From NCBI GenBank assembly GCA_036279775.1, contig DASUIM010000508.1, forward strand, positions 1-60,327: DNA of 60,327 bases. Reading direction: 5' to 3'. This DNA comes from Fluviicoccus sp. GTDB taxonomy: Bacteria; Pseudomonadota; Gammaproteobacteria; Pseudomonadales; Moraxellaceae. The number at the start of each line of letters is the position of its first letter. Position 1 is the stretch's first letter. Positions 8,247-17,632 of this stretch are shown here, one piece after another. The translations under genes and the position numbers were made by a program. The notes beneath the pieces were generated by a model. That model saw nothing but the letters and a program-made list of their open reading frames with translations. It was not told the origin of the DNA and made no database searches.

Positions 8247-8965
8247 GCGCTCACCTCTTTGTTGAAGTTGGCAATGTGCTCGGACACTGCCGCGTTAATC
8301 ACGTCCAGGCGGCGCTGCACCTCCTGGTATTCCGGGTAGTGGTATCGCTTCAGGTAGCGGGCCTCGCCCTTCTCCCACCACGCCGAGCACGTCATGCAGT
8401 CCGGCGCCTCGTCCAGCACCTCATAGAAGCGTGGGATAGGCGCATCCTGCTCGCGCAGGTACTGCATTACCTGCTGCTGGCTCCAGTCCTCGAGCGGGAA
8501 CAGGTATTCGATACCGTTCTCGATGGTCCCCGAGCTGATCGGCGCCTTCAGCCTGTCGTCGCCACGCTGGCCGCGAATGATGAGGGTCACGCCGTCGGCG
8601 AGCATACGCTCATGCAGCGGCAGCATGATGCTGCGGAAACAGCAGGAGTAGCGATCCTGGATCAGCACGCCACGGCCGGAGCCGATGATGCCCATAGGTG
8701 TGCCGCTCACCGGCACGATGTCGGATGGCAGGCCATAGTCGGCAACCACCGCCGGCTGCCGGCCGGCGATCTCGACGAAGTGCGGGACCATCGCGCGCAC
8801 CTCCTCGGCGAGGCGCACGGTTTCCGGGTAGGCATCGCCCGTGTTGAGCCAGTAGACCGTGAGACGATCCCAGTACGGGCGCATCAGGTACAGGCAGGCC
8901 AGCGAGTCCTTCCCGCCGGAGAGCTGCAGCCCAATGCGCTGGTGTCGGTTGATGACCTCTTCCAT
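8243..8965 (-). CDS. PAPS/APS reductase-like PP-loop protein (240 aa)
   Basis: LSGGKDS PP-loop, RYSCC and CMTC cysteine motifs, RGQR and FPLEDWS. Start reassigned to ATG 8965. Confidence 0.85.
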   Translation of the reverse strand: MEEVINRHQRIGLQLSGGKDSLACLYLMRPYWDRLTVYWLNTGDAYPETVRLAEEVRAMVPHFVEIAGRQPAVVADYGLPSDIVPVSGTPMGIIGSGRGVLIQDRYSCCFRSIMLPLHERMLADGVTLIIRGQRGDDRLKAPISSGTIENGIEYLFPLEDWSQQQVMQYLREQDAPIPRFYEVLDEAPDCMTCSAWWEKGEARYLKRYHYPEYQEVQRRLDVINAAVSEHIANFNKEVSA

Positions 8966-8967
8966 CG

Positions 8968-9948
8968 TCAGAATGCCATGATGCCGGCGCCGCCCAGCGT
9001 GCCGATCATCTGCCCAATGCCGGCCGCGCTGGCGCCGTTCGCCTGCTGCTGCGCGCTCCATGCGTTCAGCTGGTTGCCGTACAGGTTGTTGAGCATGTTG
9101 CCCTGGTTGGCGTAGCCCTGCATCGCGCCTTGGAAGCCTTGGCCCATGATGCCGACGTTGCCACGCCAGCTGCTCATAGCCTGGTTGGAGTTGCCGGTAG
9201 CCGAGTTGCCGGCGTTCAGCCCGAGGCTGGCCGCTGCAGCCGACTGCGACGGCAAGCCGGCGCCGATGTTGATCGCGTCGGCCTTCAGGGCGAGGGCCTT
9301 GTCGCGCACGTTCTGGCGGGCGGTGTTCTGGGCGCCGGCAGAGGCAAGGGCGGTGTTCATGTTGTCAGCCCGCGCCTGCCCTTGGAAGCGGCCGGATGCC
9401 GGGTTGAGGCCCATGCTCGCCATTTGGCGCTGGTTGATCTGGCCTTGCACGCCGGCCGACTTCATCACATCGGCTTTGGCCTCGGCCGCTGCCTGCGCCT
9501 GCCTTTCCGGGCTGTCGTAGTTCTTCGCCGTCTCGACGAATTCATCCTGCAGCGGCTGGAACACATCCTTGTAGCGGGTGCGGTCCTCAAGCGCCCACTT
9601 GTTCTGCTGCTCTTGGGTAGCGAGCTGCTGGTCGATGACCGTCTCGGTCAGCGCGTCCATGTCCTGCTGACGCTCATTGCCGACTTCGAATTGCTCGCGG
9701 GCAAACTTCAGCCAGTCCTCGCCCACTTGGGCGTTTTTCAGGGCTGCTTGCCCGATCTGCGGGTCAGGTGCCGGCGCGCTGCCGCCTCCCTTGCCACCAC
9801 CAAAGCAGACGTTGCGACCAACCACGCGCAGGCCCAGCATCAGATCGTGCTTGTGCTCCGCGCGGTGGCGCCGGCTCATGTGGCCGGCAGCAATCTCATG
9901 CTCGGGATCGCCCGCATCGGTCCAGAAATCGAAATGGGTTTCCCGCAT
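8968..9948 (-). CDS. Internal virion/ejection protein (P22 gp7-like architecture)
   Basis: Leader followed by CFGGGKGGGSAP; Gln/Asn/Gly/Ala-rich; hydrophobic C-terminus. Confidence 0.7.
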   Translation of the reverse strand: MRETHFDFWTDAGDPEHEIAAGHMSRRHRAEHKHDLMLGLRVVGRNVCFGGGKGGGSAPAPDPQIGQAALKNAQVGEDWLKFAREQFEVGNERQQDMDALTETVIDQQLATQEQQNKWALEDRTRYKDVFQPLQDEFVETAKNYDSPERQAQAAAEAKADVMKSAGVQGQINQRQMASMGLNPASGRFQGQARADNMNTALASAGAQNTARQNVRDKALALKADAINIGAGLPSQSAAAASLGLNAGNSATGNSNQAMSSWRGNVGIMGQGFQGAMQGYANQGNMLNNLYGNQLNAWSAQQQANGASAAGIGQMIGTLGGAGIMAF

Positions 9949-10376
9949 TACCGGTACTCCTTTGGAATAAAACGGCAGTTCTCGCGCAGCAGCCCGAGAG
10001 AAACGATGTCGTCCCCAGGCATGGCATTGGGGTGGTAGCCCTCGCGCACGAAACCAAGGTGCTCATCGAAGGCCAGCGCCTGCTTGTTACTGGCCGGGAC
10101 CATGCCGGTGACACGGCGCATGCCCAGCTGAATGAACGGGTACGCGAAGGCGGCCACCAGCAGCTCTTTCGACATCCACTGGCGGGTGCCGTCGCTGGCG
10201 ATGTGCATGTTCACGTCCACATCGGAGAAGCCGTCATAGACGACTACCGCCACCAGCTCGCCGTGGCGCTCCAGGCCGATGGTGTAGGCATCGCGCCGGA
10301 AAGCATGGATGCCGATCCGCTCCCGCGCCCATGGCAGCAGTCGGTGCTCTTCGCCGTATATGAGTCTGGTGGTCAT
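9948..10376 (-). CDS. GNAT-family N-acyltransferase in virion cluster
   Basis: FAYPFIQLGMRRVTGMVPASNKQALAFDEHLGFVREG is a RimJ/RimL-like motif; start ATG 10376. Confidence 0.88.
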   Translation of the reverse strand: MTTRLIYGEEHRLLPWARERIGIHAFRRDAYTIGLERHGELVAVVVYDGFSDVDVNMHIASDGTRQWMSKELLVAAFAYPFIQLGMRRVTGMVPASNKQALAFDEHLGFVREGYHPNAMPGDDIVSLGLLRENCRFIPKEYR

Positions 10377-10388
10377 GGTTGATCGCAG

Positions 10389-10427
10389 TGGTTCGATTTT
10401 CCAACCATTGTACGCATGGCAAAACCA
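10389..10427 (-). promoter_or_regulatory. Tandem operator-like boxes and TACAAT -10 upstream of GNAT gene
   Basis: TGGTTCGATTTTCCAACCA 10389-10407; partial box 10409-10427. Confidence 0.6.
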
Positions 10428-10447
10428 CGCCGCCACTGAAAACGGCC

Positions 10448-10789
10448 TCAGTCCCTGTTTTTGCCGAACAGCCTGCGGTAGCCCCGCTTCTGGCTCGGGT
10501 ACAGGTTGGCGATCTTGTGGATAGCGTCGTACAGCCGCTGCACGTCGGCGCGCAGCTCCGCGATGGTGGCTCCAGAGGTAGGCGACTGCATGCCTACCTT
10601 GGCAAGCTCGGCCAAGTCTGATTGCGTCACGGCCCGGTTATCCCCGCGCGTGCCATCCAGTATCTCGACGGTTTCCTTGATCCGGGCAAGATCAGTCAAG
10701 GCAGCCTTCACCGCTTTCTCTGCCTGGCTCTGGCCGGCCTGCCGTCTGGCGGCGATGTCTCGCATCGCCTGGCTCTTGAATTCCGTCAT
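10448..10789 (-). CDS. Hypothetical tail-region protein
   Basis: ORF adjacent to the nozzle gene, with phage-like codon bias. Confidence 0.65.
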   Translation of the reverse strand: MTEFKSQAMRDIAARRQAGQSQAEKAVKAALTDLARIKETVEILDGTRGDNRAVTQSDLAELAKVGMQSPTSGATIAELRADVQRLYDAIHKIANLYPSQKRGYRRLFGKNRD

Positions 10790-10791
10790 CG

Positions 10792-12528
10792 TCAAATCCC
10801 GTTGAGTTCGCGCGCAGCCGTCGCCATGGAAATCTGCCCGATAGGTGTCGTGCCGTTGACCTGCACTTCCCAGTTACGGGCCTTCGCTGGGGGAATCCGC
10901 TTCACCTTGTTGATCTCGCTGATGGTCGCCAGCAGCTTGCCATCGGCGTACACGCGCACCGAGATGAAGGTTTCCTCCGGCATGGGTAGCAGCTGGTCGC
11001 CATTCACCGGGTAGACGTTCAGGGCGCCGCCGTTCAGCTCGCCGCCGATGGATGCCTGCGCGAAGATGGCCGCGTTCTCGGCCTCGATCTCCGCGATCTG
11101 GTCAGCGATTGCCTTCTGCTCTTCCGCCGTCAGCTCTTCCGCCCCTTCTATCAGGATCGCGCCGAAGGTGGACGGCGCCGGCAGCACGAACTGCTTGGAG
11201 TGCCAGGTCATGATTTCATTGACCTGCCCCAGCGCGTCGAACTCATAAATCTCTGTGCCGAACAGCATGTAGAGTGCACTGGCCGGAACGTCGTAGAAGC
11301 AGGCATCTGCCTTGAGGCTGGATCGCATCACAAACGGCGTGCCGCCTGCCAGATCGAAGATGAACGTCCCGGTGCTCGAGGTGCCGTCAGCCTCGAGGTA
11401 TTCGTAACTGGCGAAGTACCGGCCGCTGAACTGGCTGGCAACGAACGTGGCCGGGCTCGTCTTGAGCCAGTCATTGCGCGTCATCAGCTGGCCGGTTGCC
11501 ACGCTGGCGCCGCCGCTGTTCACCACAACGAGGCCATCATGCGACGGATAGGCCACAGAGTAGCCGAGGTCCACCACGCCACGGGCGTTGATGCACGGCA
11601 GGTTCAGCTCGAGCCGTTCCTGCTGCATGTTCTCCGGCGCGGTGCCGGTGACGATGTAGGGTTGGCCGGTAGTCATTACCACCAGCGTGGTGCCGAAGGC
11701 GCCAAGCGCCACAATCGGATAGTCCAGCGTCAGGACATAGTTCTCCGGCCAGGCGTGCGGGCGGTATGGCTCACAGAAGTACAGGTCTTTGCCGACAAAG
11801 GCGGCCATCATGCCGTTCTGCAGCGCGATCAGCCCTTGCAGGGTATCCGGTGGCGGGTTCCAGTCGCGCGACGGCAGGGCCTCGGCGAAGTCATCAACCC
11901 CGATGTTGTCCACGTAGTTGGCATTGCTGGCCGCGCGCTCGGCGATCAGGAACAGGTCAGTGCCAGACAGCACAGACGACTGCGAGCGGTAAATGCGCTG
12001 CTTGGTGATGTTCCGGCCGGCCGGCGGCGTGCGGAAGCCGGACAGCGTGACGGTATTGCCTGGCTGCCAATTCACCTCGTTGGAGATCGGGCAAGGCTCG
12101 GACTCCTCGCCGAAATCGGTCACCTCGGTATAGACGTACAGGCGGGTGATGATGTCGCCGGAGCCGGCGCCGCCGAGGGCGGCAGTCAGCGCCACGGTGG
12201 GAGGGTTCATTGCCAGTGGATAGATGGTCGTGCCAACACGCATCTTTGGCACGCCATCGCCCGTGTAGTACAGCCGATCCTGCGCCACCGGGCCGGGCGC
12301 GGCATGCACCACGGTATCCCACGCCAGCCACTCGCTGCCGTGCTTGTAGATCGTTTCGATTGGGGACACTCCAGCCACGACATGATCGAGGCGCGGCTTT
12401 CGGATAGGAGTCAGGCCGCCATCATCGAGGCGCACATTCTCGGCGCGCTGCGCTGCGGTGTCAGGCAGCAGCCTCGGGATAAGCCGAGGAATCTCGCCTG
12501 AAAACTGGATCAACTTGAGTGTCGCCAC
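10792..12528 (-). CDS. Tail nozzle/head-closure (stabilisation) protein
   Basis: 578-aa beta-rich protein (FSGEIPRL, YFCEPYRPHAWP); podophage synteny. Confidence 0.75.
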   Translation of the reverse strand: MATLKLIQFSGEIPRLIPRLLPDTAAQRAENVRLDDGGLTPIRKPRLDHVVAGVSPIETIYKHGSEWLAWDTVVHAAPGPVAQDRLYYTGDGVPKMRVGTTIYPLAMNPPTVALTAALGGAGSGDIITRLYVYTEVTDFGEESEPCPISNEVNWQPGNTVTLSGFRTPPAGRNITKQRIYRSQSSVLSGTDLFLIAERAASNANYVDNIGVDDFAEALPSRDWNPPPDTLQGLIALQNGMMAAFVGKDLYFCEPYRPHAWPENYVLTLDYPIVALGAFGTTLVVMTTGQPYIVTGTAPENMQQERLELNLPCINARGVVDLGYSVAYPSHDGLVVVNSGGASVATGQLMTRNDWLKTSPATFVASQFSGRYFASYEYLEADGTSSTGTFIFDLAGGTPFVMRSSLKADACFYDVPASALYMLFGTEIYEFDALGQVNEIMTWHSKQFVLPAPSTFGAILIEGAEELTAEEQKAIADQIAEIEAENAAIFAQASIGGELNGGALNVYPVNGDQLLPMPEETFISVRVYADGKLLATISEINKVKRIPPAKARNWEVQVNGTTPIGQISMATAARELNGI

Positions 12529-12550
12529 GCCTATACCCTATCCGTCTTTC

Positions 12551-13243
12551 TCATGTCCAACTGATGTACACGGCGCCATCGGTGCCGGCCGTGCCGTTCA
12601 CCTGCCCGGCACCGCCGTTGCCGCCATTACCAACCGTGATCGTGAGCGTGATGCCCTTGGCGACGTTGCCGTTCTCGCCATACGAGAATGTTCGCACAGC
12701 GCGCCCGCCCTTGCCACCGTTACCGCCCTTCGTGGCGCCGTAGGTGCCGCCAGTGCCGCCGTTCGATCCGCCGCCCGTGGTGTTGGTGTCGCCACCCGAT
12801 GCGGTGCCGTTTGCACCGGCCGCAGCCTGGTTGTAGTAGGAGCCGGCGCCGCCACCACCGCCGTTACCGTACATGATAGTCGTGCCGCCGTTCTTTACCG
12901 AGCTTTGCCCACCATTGCCGCCAGCCGTACCGGCATACCCTGCATCGTAGGTGGAGCCGCCACCGCCACCGCCAGCACCGCGCACGTCAATGGTGATGGT
13001 GGAGAAGGTCGGGACCACGAACGAGTACGTGCCGTTGCCCGTGCGGCTCCAGGAGCCGGCGACCGACTTCTCACCACCATAGAACTGCGACATGGAGATC
13101 GCGCCACCGGTCGGCACGGCCGCATTGTTGGCCGTCACCAGCCCGCCATTGCGGTAATACTCAGACAAGGAGTGTGGCGCGCCGCCACCGAACTCGGCCG
13201 CTATCTCGCTCATCGCCAGCTGGCCGGAAGACTTGATCGTCAT
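12551..13243 (-). CDS. Gly-rich distal tail-fibre adhesin-like protein
   Basis: SGQLAMSEIAAEFGG..LSEYY N-terminus and poly-Gly tracts; coupled to the S74-chaperone fibre gene. Confidence 0.72.
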   Translation of the reverse strand: MTIKSSGQLAMSEIAAEFGGGAPHSLSEYYRNGGLVTANNAAVPTGGAISMSQFYGGEKSVAGSWSRTGNGTYSFVVPTFSTITIDVRGAGGGGGGSTYDAGYAGTAGGNGGQSSVKNGGTTIMYGNGGGGGAGSYYNQAAAGANGTASGGDTNTTGGGSNGGTGGTYGATKGGNGGKGGRAVRTFSYGENGNVAKGITLTITVGNGGNGGAGQVNGTAGTDGAVYISWT

Positions 13244-14184
13244 GCCCGACCCTCCAATGCTTCCACGCGCTCGGCGAGTTCCTTCACGGCCTCCACCAGC
13301 AGGCCGGCCATGTTGCCGTAGGCCACCGACAGCACGCCGCCCTGGTTGACCTGCACCAGCTCGGGCAGCACAGCCTGCACCTCCTGCGCGATCACGCCCA
13401 CTTGGCGCTCGCCGGAGTCCTTGCGCCGGTACTTCACGCCACGGATCGCCTGCACCATGCCGAGCGCGCCGGCCAGCTGCTCGATGTCCTCCTTCAGCCG
13501 GATGTCGGAATAGGCCGACACGTTGCCAGTCGCCACCGTGTTGCCGGCGTTGTCGGTATAGAAGGCCCAGCCGCCGCCAGAGGTAAGGAAGCCCAGCAGT
13601 CCACCGTTGGCGTGGATGTATCGCGTTCCCCAGTCTGTATCCCCCATGTTGATGATCGGCGCCGTGGAGGAGATAGTCAGGGCCGGGGCAGCAATCGCGC
13701 CAGAAAACGTCGCGCCGGACAGATCGGCCTTGCCGCCGGGGGCGAAGTTTGCCGTCGTCCAGGGCGTGCCGCCGTTCAGCGTGGTGATACTGGCGCTAGG
13801 GGTGGACAGCGAACCGGCAGACAGCGCGCCAGTTACTGTCATATCACCAGCCAGCGTGCCGCCGGTCTTATCCAGCTTCTCGGCGAGAATGGCCGACAGC
13901 GCGCCGGCAGTCAGCCGCAAATCAACGCGGTCGCCAGGGTTAAAGGTTCTGGCCGGTGTGGAGTCCTGCGCTCGTTCTACCGTAAACACGTCGCCAGCCC
14001 GTGCCGTTACCTTGACGATCTCAAGATCGCCATTGCTCTTGACGATGGTTGCCGGGAACCAGTCGCCGGCAGACAGCGAAGGAAATAGCGCCCCAGTACC
14101 AGGCGCAACAGTGATGGAAGTGTCGGAAATGCCGATGGTAGCCGCCAGAATGGTGGCAGCATTGTTCGAGAGCTTAACGCCCAT
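13240..14184 (-). CDS. Tail fibre with C-terminal peptidase S74 intramolecular chaperone
   Basis: SDIRLKEDI...GVIAQEV...LLVEAVKEL; N-terminal anchor shared with 15238..16530. Confidence 0.88.
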   Translation of the reverse strand: MGVKLSNNAATILAATIGISDTSITVAPGTGALFPSLSAGDWFPATIVKSNGDLEIVKVTARAGDVFTVERAQDSTPARTFNPGDRVDLRLTAGALSAILAEKLDKTGGTLAGDMTVTGALSAGSLSTPSASITTLNGGTPWTTANFAPGGKADLSGATFSGAIAAPALTISSTAPIINMGDTDWGTRYIHANGGLLGFLTSGGGWAFYTDNAGNTVATGNVSAYSDIRLKEDIEQLAGALGMVQAIRGVKYRRKDSGERQVGVIAQEVQAVLPELVQVNQGGVLSVAYGNMAGLLVEAVKELAERVEALEGRA

Positions 14185-14188
14185 ATAA

Positions 14189-14255
14189 CCCCCTGAAAGA
14201 TGAACACACGAAAGCAGACCGCAAGCGGGCTGATCGTGAGTTCATCTTCAGGAGG
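14189..14255 (-). promoter_or_regulatory. Long 5'-UTR hairpin sequestering the SD of the fibre gene
   Basis: CCUCCUGAAGAUGAAC pairs with GUUCAUCUUUCAGGGGG, which ends 4 nt before ATG; inner stem CACGA/UCGUG. Confidence 0.6.
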
Positions 14256-14310
14256 TAGAGGGGCATAGCTTTGCGAAGTGAGGAGACACGGCAATCCTAG
14301 CACACTCCGG

Positions 14311-14823
14311 CTACATGGTGCCTTTCACGGGGTTGATGTGCGTGACCAGCATGGCGCGGTCGGTGTGAACCGGGTCGTCGATCTCACCACGCAGCTTCCA
14401 GCCGAGGTACACGCGCAGCCCGCGCTTGATACCGAACCGCCGGCCCCATGGCAGCCACACGAACAGCATCCACGCCTTGCCGCATGTGGCGAAGCACCAG
14501 CCATGCGGGGTTGGCTCCAGCCAGAATGCCTTACCGCCGTGAACGTAGATCGGCGCCATGGTCGCCACACCGCATACGTGGTAGCTAAAGTTGTAGCCGC
14601 GATTGCGCCATAGCCAGGCAATGCGACGCATCCATGCCGGGCGGCCAGCCCAGCGCCTGCGGTGTCCGGCATCGCCATCGATGGGGTTATCGTGCGTGAG
14701 CCACGGCCACGACCAGGCCGGCGCGATGCCGCCGGGGCTGGTACACAGCACGATGAACGGCGCCAGCGGGAAGGCCAGCAGCGACACCAGCATGTCGAGA
14801 GGGGCAAGCAGGAACCAGATCAT
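14311..14823 (-). CDS. Conserved fibre-associated membrane protein (Trp-rich)
   Basis: N-terminal TM segment, THDNPIDGD, WLWRN and LGWKL motifs seen in genes beside tail fibres. Confidence 0.65.
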   Translation of the reverse strand: MIWFLLAPLDMLVSLLAFPLAPFIVLCTSPGGIAPAWSWPWLTHDNPIDGDAGHRRRWAGRPAWMRRIAWLWRNRGYNFSYHVCGVATMAPIYVHGGKAFWLEPTPHGWCFATCGKAWMLFVWLPWGRRFGIKRGLRVYLGWKLRGEIDDPVHTDRAMLVTHINPVKGTM

Positions 14824-15212
14824 TCAATGGTACTCGCTGTGATAAAGAGGTCGTCAACCTGGCCATCAGTCCACCCAAGCGCCTGCGCCATGTTCAGCAC
14901 CATGGGGCTGTGTCGCTTGAAAACCAGCGCGTTCTTCCATGCCAGCACGGTAAGCTGGTCAGTTGCCGGGTCTTCCATCATGGCCTCGACAGCCGCCAGC
15001 TTGCCAGCCAGATGCAGTGCGGCAAGCGCCTGGTAGCGGGACACTTCCTGCGGTACATCTACAGGCACAGGCGACCATTCATTTCCTTGCCAAACCTGTC
15101 TGGCATCTTGTGGGGCAGTGGGAACCTCGATTGCTCCAGCAGGCGGTTCAGCACCAGCGAAGCCGCCGATGTATGCCCCTGATACATCAACGAAATACTT
15201 TGTTACTTGCAT
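14820..15212 (-). CDS. Tail fibre assembly-like protein
   Basis: GAYIGGFAGAEPPAGAIEVP...QVDDLFITA; follows a fibre gene. Confidence 0.7.
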   Translation of the reverse strand: MQVTKYFVDVSGAYIGGFAGAEPPAGAIEVPTAPQDARQVWQGNEWSPVPVDVPQEVSRYQALAALHLAGKLAAVEAMMEDPATDQLTVLAWKNALVFKRHSPMVLNMAQALGWTDGQVDDLFITASTIE

Positions 15213-15237
15213 GTGATACCTCGCTCATGGTTCGCCA

Positions 15238-16530
15238 TTACGCAAATGCGTAGAAAATAATTTTCCAGTTTGACAGGGAAATGTTCGTCGCTGCGCCAGT
15301 GGTTTTGTTCATCACGTAGAGCACTTGCGCAGAGGAGGCGAACCGGATCGTCAGGTTAGTGCTGTTGTAAGCCAGCGACATCCCATAGCCTGTTGGACTT
15401 CCAGGAGCCGGTGGCTGGTGTAGAACATCGCCGACTGAGTAACCGGCCTCTGCAACTGTGCAGACCAGTGCGGCAGTGACGAGCTTAGGGGCAACGCCAA
15501 GGCCGTGAGCGAGCGTCAATCCACCAGCTGAAGTAACCGTCTGTTGCGCACTAGCATACGATTTGGTGAAGACTGACGCACTAGGAGCGACCAATGCCGT
15601 GCCGTCTGCTCGGATGTACTGAAACACGTACACCGTCGTCCCGTCGTAGAACAGGAAGGCGCGGTCACCGGCTGCCGTAGTGATATTGGCTCCGCCCTGC
15701 AAGTTGTTGTTCGTGGCGTGGTGGGTGAGCGTCAGCACGCCATCGAAAATCACCTGCATGAACTGGCCAGCTGTCATCGTCCAGGCGCTGATGCCAGTGG
15801 TGCCGGTGATATGCACCGTGTTCCCAGTAGCAGTGGACAGGTTGACAGTTGCGGCTGAGGCGATGTTCGCGCCGGCTGCGAACTTGAGCAAGCCTGTCAT
15901 CGTGCCGCCTGCCGTGGCGAGGTAGTTGCCTGCGGCCTGATACAGCGTGTCGAAGTAGGTCTTGAGCGTGGCCTTTACGTTCGCCCATGTCAGTTTCTTG
16001 GTTGCGTTGCTAGCCGCGCTATCCATCAGCGGGATAGCATCAGCGTCAACCGGCGTGGCCTTGCTGGTTCCGCCGTTGATTAGCGCGCCGAGAGCAGACC
16101 AGATGCCGTCCTTCAGGTTGGCCCAGGTGAAGTATTTCAGGACGTTCGAAGCTGCCGAATCCATGATGCCGAAGCGGTCTGCATCAGCCAGCGTGGCCTT
16201 GTTGCTGGCGTCAGAAATCGCCGCCTCCGGAATATCCAGCGCAGCATCGGCAGTCAGCCGCAGCTCGATGCGGTCGCCGGACACGAACGCAATTGCTGCT
16301 GTGCTCTCCTGCGCTCGGGTGACAGTGAAAACGTCAGTTGCTCGCGCAGTGACGCGCACAACCTCGATGGCGCCGTCTGACGCACGGATCAGCGTCGCCG
16401 GGAAGTAGTCACCGGCTGACAATGACGGGAACTTTGCCCCGTCGCCAGGTGTAACTGAGATTGACGTGTCGCCTGCCGTGATGCCGGAGGCCAGTCGGCT
16501 TACCGCGTTGTTTGTTAGTTTCAGTCCCAT
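15238..16530 (-). CDS. Tail fibre protein 1
   Basis: N-terminal anchor MGLKLTNNA...RLTA; internal KAT.(V/L).DAD repeats; C-terminal AHGLGVAP beta domain. Confidence 0.85.
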   Translation of the reverse strand: MGLKLTNNAVSRLASGITAGDTSISVTPGDGAKFPSLSAGDYFPATLIRASDGAIEVVRVTARATDVFTVTRAQESTAAIAFVSGDRIELRLTADAALDIPEAAISDASNKATLADADRFGIMDSAASNVLKYFTWANLKDGIWSALGALINGGTSKATPVDADAIPLMDSAASNATKKLTWANVKATLKTYFDTLYQAAGNYLATAGGTMTGLLKFAAGANIASAATVNLSTATGNTVHITGTTGISAWTMTAGQFMQVIFDGVLTLTHHATNNNLQGGANITTAAGDRAFLFYDGTTVYVFQYIRADGTALVAPSASVFTKSYASAQQTVTSAGGLTLAHGLGVAPKLVTAALVCTVAEAGYSVGDVLHQPPAPGSPTGYGMSLAYNSTNLTIRFASSAQVLYVMNKTTGAATNISLSNWKIIFYAFA

Positions 16531-16809
16531 TTAGCAATCCCTCACGCGGATTTTGAACTCGTCGTCCTTCTCGCGGCCGTCATTCGTGGTGACGCTTACC
16601 GTCACCTTGTAGGTGACGCCATCCACGCCACCAGACAGCCACACCTTCACCACCGTGCCGATCACCTGCACGCTGTCTATGGTCAGTCCAGGATCGTCAA
16701 CGATGGCTGATGCCAGCGAAAGCGCATCGCCTGTCGGTAGCCATTTCTGGTACTCGACATCGTAGTCGAGCCTGTCTGCAGGCTGTTTTGTCATTGTGCC
16801 GAGAATCAT
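16531..16809 (-). CDS. Fibre-tail adaptor-like small protein
   Basis: KQPADRLDYD...VWLSGG..G.TYKVT pattern. Confidence 0.7.
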   Translation of the reverse strand: MILGTMTKQPADRLDYDVEYQKWLPTGDALSLASAIVDDPGLTIDSVQVIGTVVKVWLSGGVDGVTYKVTVSVTTNDGREKDDEFKIRVRDC

Positions 16810-17621
16810 CTCGCCTCCATATCAAGCACTGCAAATTTCCGGTTCTCTCGGCCAACCGTGCGCCGTGTGTCCTGCGCCTCGGACACGAACAGCCGCTTCT
16901 CGCTGGCAAGGGTGAATGTTCTGTCCTCGCGGCCAACCTGCATGGCGCGGTATGCTGCCGAGCTGAAAACGTCCTGCAGCAACTGGGCATCGATGCCGGC
17001 CAGCACCAGCTCACCCACCTGGCCGTGCGCCCTGTAGTCTCGGATGGAACCGGCGTCTGCGCCATCGGCTGTGTACGCTGCAGCGCCATCCGCTCCGAGG
17101 TAGTAGCCGACTGCTAGCAATGCGCTCTGGCCTGCAACAGCTGCGGCGCCAGCATCTGCGAACAGCGCCACGCCCTTCTGCATGATGGCGTCGGCGATGT
17201 CGGCCGTGTACGCCCCTATGCCTCCACCAAGATACCGCCCGTACAGGGTGGCCACATCGGCAGCGGCGATGCTGTAGGCTGTTGCTGCTCCGGTCATCCG
17301 TCGCGCGCTGACGAGCGATGCACTCACGCCCGCTGCAGTGTAGCTGCCGGTGTTCGCCAGCACCTTACGGACGTAGATTATACCGGCGGCGTTTCCTGTC
17401 AGCGCGTAGCTGCCTGCGCTCGATGGCAACCGCCTGGTGCAAACCATGCTGGCCGCGATGCCTGCCGCGCTGTAGCTTCCTGCGCTGCCGATAAGGCGGT
17501 ACGTCTTCCGCAGATTTGCTGCTTGGCCTACCAGCGCGAACACGCCTGCCTCGGCGATCAGCAGGTTGCTGTCTTCGCCGTTGAGCGCGGTAGCGTTGAG
17601 CGGGTAGGCGTTAAGCAGCAT
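16806..17621 (-). CDS. Ala/Gly-rich repetitive structural protein
   Basis: LLNAYPLNATALNG start; ~26-aa repeats GSY(S/A/T)(A/L)(A/T)G..A. Confidence 0.65.
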   Translation of the reverse strand: MLLNAYPLNATALNGEDSNLLIAEAGVFALVGQAANLRKTYRLIGSAGSYSAAGIAASMVCTRRLPSSAGSYALTGNAAGIIYVRKVLANTGSYTAAGVSASLVSARRMTGAATAYSIAAADVATLYGRYLGGGIGAYTADIADAIMQKGVALFADAGAAAVAGQSALLAVGYYLGADGAAAYTADGADAGSIRDYRAHGQVGELVLAGIDAQLLQDVFSSAAYRAMQVGREDRTFTLASEKRLFVSEAQDTRRTVGRENRKFAVLDMEAR

Positions 17622-17632
17622 GGTTCACGCCT

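Noticed and set aside
12551-16530. DGR or invertible tail-fibre switch
   Set aside because: No reverse transcriptase, template/variable repeat pair, invertase or flanking inverted repeats were seen.
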